Under the pieces are notes generated by a model. It was given only the letters and a program-made list of their open reading frames with translations. It ran no database searches and had not been told where the DNA came from. From Verrucomicrobiota bacterium (GTDB taxonomy: Bacteria > Verrucomicrobiota > Verrucomicrobiia > Limisphaerales > CANJXF01): a stretch of DNA of 10,073 bases. The DNA is taken from the NCBI GenBank assembly GCA_038214755.1, contig JBBQRQ010000134.1:1-10073 (forward strand), read 5' to 3'. A program made the translations under genes and the position numbers. Positions 6,726 to 10,073 of this stretch are shown one piece after another (positions within the stretch are counted from its first letter, which is position 1; the number at the start of each line of letters is the position of its first letter).

Positions 6726-8387
6726 TCAAAGTTTTTCCCGGGCCAGAGCGATCAATTTTTTTTCCTCTGGCAGGGTTGGCGCGCCCTCCGCCAATTTTAA
6801 ATATTTTTGCGCTACCTCCTGTTTCTCCGATGCGACCAAAATAATTCCATAGTAGAGGGCGATAGACGGGTTCTCCAGTTCTCGCGGCGACAGTTGCTCC
6901 AGCAATTTCAAAGCGTCCGCATCCTTCTTTTGCAGATGGAGCGAGAAAGCGTAAGTCGAAAGAAAACTGGCATTCTTCGGCTCTTGTTGGAAAACCTGCC
7001 TGGCCAGGCGGTGGGCTTCTTCGAGGTTTGTTCCCAGCAACAGCGAGACGAGCGCGAGATTATTTTGCGCGCCGATCTGGGTCCCGTTTTCCGCGAGACG
7101 CGAATAAAGTTTTTGCAAGCCGCGAGTGTTCCCACGCGAGTAGTAAGATTGGGCCAACATTTGCGAAACGGATTCATCGCGCGGAAATTTCTCGAGGATC
7201 GCCCAAAGCGCGGCCTCTCTTTGTTCCACGCCCCGCCAGTCCTCCGCGATGCTGACCAGCAACCAAAGGGTTTCCAATTTTTCCGAGGCAAGGCGAATCG
7301 CTTTTTGCCACTGAACGTCCGCCGCCAGACTCTGCCTTTGTTCTTTGAACGCTCGACTCAGCATCGCGGCGCGAATGAAATCGCGGTCGCCCCATTTCTG
7401 GGCGGACAGGAAATTTTCCAATGCGCTCCAATCTTTTTTCCGGGCGTAGCAATCGGCTTCTGCCACAGGCACGGGTTGTTGCTTCTGAAGGTCGGCCGGC
7501 AAACTTTTAATCCAGGTCAGCGCCGCATCGGAAAGCTGATTGAGGTTCATCCACGAAACAAGTTTGTAAACATTCTCCGCGTTGTTCGCCGCGTCTTTCT
7601 CGACCGAAACCAGATACGGCTCGAACTCAGGACTTTGCTTTCGCCGCAAAATCGTCAGATGGACCAGACGATCGATGAACAGGGAGCCCGCGTCGGCGAG
7701 CAATTTTTTGGAAGCAATTTCCGCCGCGTCCAACTCCGAGCGTCTGAGATGATTCTCGACGAGGGCCCGCGACGCGCGCAAACCAAAATCGCGGCTACTC
7801 TGCATTTTTTCCAACGTCGCTCGGGCGGCGGCTGCGGTGCTTGCGTCGGGCGATTCCAACTGGAGCACGGCGAGATTTACCTGTGCCGATTCGTTGGTCG
7901 GCGTCAGTTTCAAGACTTCTTTGAAATGCAATTCGGCTTGCGGAAAATCGCCTCGTTTCAACGCCAGTTCCGCCGCGAGCGATTGATAAACAGAATTTGT
8001 TTTGCCGGTTTCGGCCAGTTCGCGAACCATTTTTTCGGCGATGGAATGAGGAAATTTTTCGTAACGCAACGACGCCTTGCCGAGGGCGATTTTATTTTCC
8101 AGCGTCGGTTCCAATTCGACGATGCGTTGACGCCAGACCAGAACTTGCGGCGAGTTGGAGTTGTCCGCCAACTCGGCCATGATGCGAGTGGAAACGGGAT
8201 TAGTCGGATTTAGTTGCAACGCCTGTCGCGCAAATAACGCCGCAGTCGCTCCGTCAGCTTTTTGCGCGGAGGACTGGGCTTGCGCGACGAAACGTTTCTC
8301 TTTGTAGTTTTTATAAATGGGGCGACTCAGCCAACCGCCGCCGAAAAGAAGCAGGATCGCAGCGACGACAATAAGAAGTTTTTTCAT
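6726..8387 (-). CDS. Membrane-anchored TPR-like (alpha-solenoid) protein
   Basis: N-terminal hydrophobic anchor MKKLLIVVAAILLLFGGGW. TPR-type helices such as ARQALQLNPTN, AELHFKEVLKLTPTNESAQVNLA, AQNNLALVSLL and IALYYGIIL. Start placed at ATG 8387; the longer ORF starts inside a REP arm. Confidence 0.85.
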   Translation of the reverse strand: MKKLLIVVAAILLLFGGGWLSRPIYKNYKEKRFVAQAQSSAQKADGATAALFARQALQLNPTNPVSTRIMAELADNSNSPQVLVWRQRIVELEPTLENKIALGKASLRYEKFPHSIAEKMVRELAETGKTNSVYQSLAAELALKRGDFPQAELHFKEVLKLTPTNESAQVNLAVLQLESPDASTAAAARATLEKMQSSRDFGLRASRALVENHLRRSELDAAEIASKKLLADAGSLFIDRLVHLTILRRKQSPEFEPYLVSVEKDAANNAENVYKLVSWMNLNQLSDAALTWIKSLPADLQKQQPVPVAEADCYARKKDWSALENFLSAQKWGDRDFIRAAMLSRAFKEQRQSLAADVQWQKAIRLASEKLETLWLLVSIAEDWRGVEQREAALWAILEKFPRDESVSQMLAQSYYSRGNTRGLQKLYSRLAENGTQIGAQNNLALVSLLLGTNLEEAHRLARQVFQQEPKNASFLSTYAFSLHLQKKDADALKLLEQLSPRELENPSIALYYGIILVASEKQEVAQKYLKLAEGAPTLPEEKKLIALAREKL

Positions 8388-8457
8388 ACGGGCAAGATGG
8401 ATCAATTCTACACTGCGGTGATTCGAGTCCAAGTTTAAAAGTGGAAAATGCCACACG

Positions 8458-8623
8458 CCGGGTAGCATCTGCCTCTGGCGGGTGCGAAGAACTTTCTAAC
8501 TTGGATTGTTGGATTGTTCGGTGTTGGAAGTTAAAACACCAAACACCAAACACCGAACACTCAACATCGGACGCTGGACATCGAAGAGATTCTTCGCACC
8601 CGCCGGAGGCAGATGCTACCCGG
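8458..8623. repeat. REPIN-like element copy 3
   Basis: Arms 8458-8490 and 8591-8623 are 32/33 complementary. The spacer has TTGGATTG x2, TTCGGTG and TTGGAAG (8501-8530), then seven AAACACC-like heptamers (8534-8582). Confidence 0.9.
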
Positions 8624-10064
8624 TTCGGCGAATCGTCGTCGAGGAAAGCACGGCGCAAAAAACCAGAAACAAAAACAGAATTGAATAAATTTGAAATGGA
8701 AAATCGAATGCGGCGTGCGCCAGGCAGCCGCCCAGAGCAATCCAAATAAAAACAATCAACACCCAGTGGCCACGGATGCCATCGAACGAAAAAAATGGCC
8801 GCGTTAAAACGAGCAAAAGCGCCAGCCAAATCATCGAACTTCCAACCCAGCCAAAGGTCGCGAGGGTTTCCAACCAATCGTTATGCACCTGCACGATCCA
8901 AGGAGCATCGGGCGACCCAAGATAAAGTTGGGAGACCGGGTCAAAAGTGTTCGGGCCAGTGCCGAAGACCGGATAATCGCGAATCATTTTTTTGGCGATT
9001 TGAAAAATTCTCTCGCGCCCGCCGAGTTGATCGTCGCCCGCTGTTTTAAAACGTTCGATCAATTGCGACCAGTTGACATAGGCCGCCAGACTAGTGGTTG
9101 CGACGCCGGTTGTGAGCATGGTAAATTTTATTTTCCATGCGCTTCGGCGCCCAGCAATCAACAGAGTTAAAAGCGATAAAAAGATACAGCCGACAGCTAC
9201 AAGAATTCCTCCGCGGCTCAACGAAATAATCGCGCCCGCCGCCATAATGATCGCTGCCGGGAGCAACAAATGATGCGCTGTCCGCTTGCGATTTCCACGC
9301 GCCGCCGAGCGTTGCAAAGACCACCAGAAACCAATCGAGATTGGCCAAATCAGATTGAGAAATTGAGCGCCGTTGGAGCGATAAGCGTAGGGGCCGAACT
9401 GGCTGGCGGCGTCCTTGTGAATGTTCGGCTCCACCAGCCAAAGTAATTTTCCGGTGTTATCAGTTCGTTGCAACAAACCTTCCAATGCGAGCAACGCGCC
9501 ATTGATGGAGATGACCCAAAGAAGTTTTTTCCAGCGTCGGGAGAACAACGGATTTTTTTCGCGTGAAGAAATTTCCGGTTCGTTTTGCATCCAATCGCGA
9601 ATCGCCCAGAAGGCGCACGCCATCGCCAGGTAATTCCAGAAAATGCTCCAGCTTCGAATGCTGTCGTAACTGTGCGGCAACCACGCGATATGTTCGTGGT
9701 ATGCGAAACGATCATCGATGTAGGAATAAGTGGCGCGCGCATTCCAAGCCGCCACCGCGCAATAAAGCAGGATCAAAATCGTCAACGCGAAGAGCGCCGG
9801 CGTTTGCCAATTTTTACCTGCGTCTCTCCGCATTCGTCGTTCTGCGGTTTCATCCGTTGGACGTTGGACGTTGGAGGTTGGACGTTCGGTTTGGGACAGT
9901 TGCCTCTCCACAATCTTTACCGCCAATAAAATCCCCAGCGCATATCCCGCCCAATTCATTACCTGAATCGACCACGCTTGCGTCGTCCCGAATGCCCACG
10001 GGCTAAAAATCGCCATCCCATAAATCAGCCAGCGGGAAATCCAATCACTGATTCGTCCCACCAT
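8616..10064 (-). CDS. O-antigen ligase/polymerase (Wzy_C) family membrane protein
   Basis: Multiple TM segments, SLSRGG, GGRERIF, PVFGTGPNTF and VHNDWLETLATFGWVG. The frame is open to the window edge, so the true start may lie upstream. Confidence 0.9.
   Translation of the reverse strand: MVGRISDWISRWLIYGMAIFSPWAFGTTQAWSIQVMNWAGYALGILLAVKIVERQLSQTERPTSNVQRPTDETAERRMRRDAGKNWQTPALFALTILILLYCAVAAWNARATYSYIDDRFAYHEHIAWLPHSYDSIRSWSIFWNYLAMACAFWAIRDWMQNEPEISSREKNPLFSRRWKKLLWVISINGALLALEGLLQRTDNTGKLLWLVEPNIHKDAASQFGPYAYRSNGAQFLNLIWPISIGFWWSLQRSAARGNRKRTAHHLLLPAAIIMAAGAIISLSRGGILVAVGCIFLSLLTLLIAGRRSAWKIKFTMLTTGVATTSLAAYVNWSQLIERFKTAGDDQLGGRERIFQIAKKMIRDYPVFGTGPNTFDPVSQLYLGSPDAPWIVQVHNDWLETLATFGWVGSSMIWLALLLVLTRPFFSFDGIRGHWVLIVFIWIALGGCLAHAAFDFPFQIYSILFLFLVFCAVLSSTTIRRTG
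9855..9896. repeat. Intragenic heptamer array (6 x 7 bp, CGTTGGA-like)
   Basis: CGTTGGA x3, GGTTGGA, CGTTCGG, TTTGGGA. The 42-bp total keeps the ligase reading frame. Confidence 0.85.
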
Positions 10065-10073
10065 CGACGCTTC

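Noticed and set aside
6807..8213. 468-aa plus-strand ORF
   Set aside because: Antisense shadow of the TPR gene with no recognisable motifs.
4106..8623. CRISPR array suggested by the 30-bp repeat
   Set aside because: Copies are inverted pairs separated by kilobases, not direct repeats with regular spacers, and no cas genes are present.
8311..8877. ORFs 8311-8877, 8441-8749, 8506-8688 and 8561-8755 sharing peptides such as RVASASGGC and SSHPPEADATR
   Set aside because: The shared peptides come from the DNA repeat, and the ORFs overlap better-supported genes.

Overview
Bacterial chromosomal window of mostly moderate-to-high GC; gene style suggests Verrucomicrobiota (inference only). Minus strand, in transcription order: O-antigen ligase/Wzy_C-family membrane protein, membrane-anchored TPR-like protein, secreted two-domain aspartyl protease, then nusB - PHP phosphoesterase - ftsY, a small hypothetical gene, and a lower-GC, apparently truncated P-loop ATPase. 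A signal-peptide-bearing MsrB-MsrA fusion lies on the plus strand. The non-coding DNA is the most striking part. It holds three REPIN-like elements built from a GTAG-type 30-bp REP in inverted pairs. Most intergenic gaps also carry back-to-back arrays of 7/8-bp tandem repeats whose unit differs from site to site, and one such array lies in frame inside the ligase gene. There is also a putative 138-bp MITE with a target-site duplication, and a duplicate of the ftsY 3' end that looks like an integration scar.
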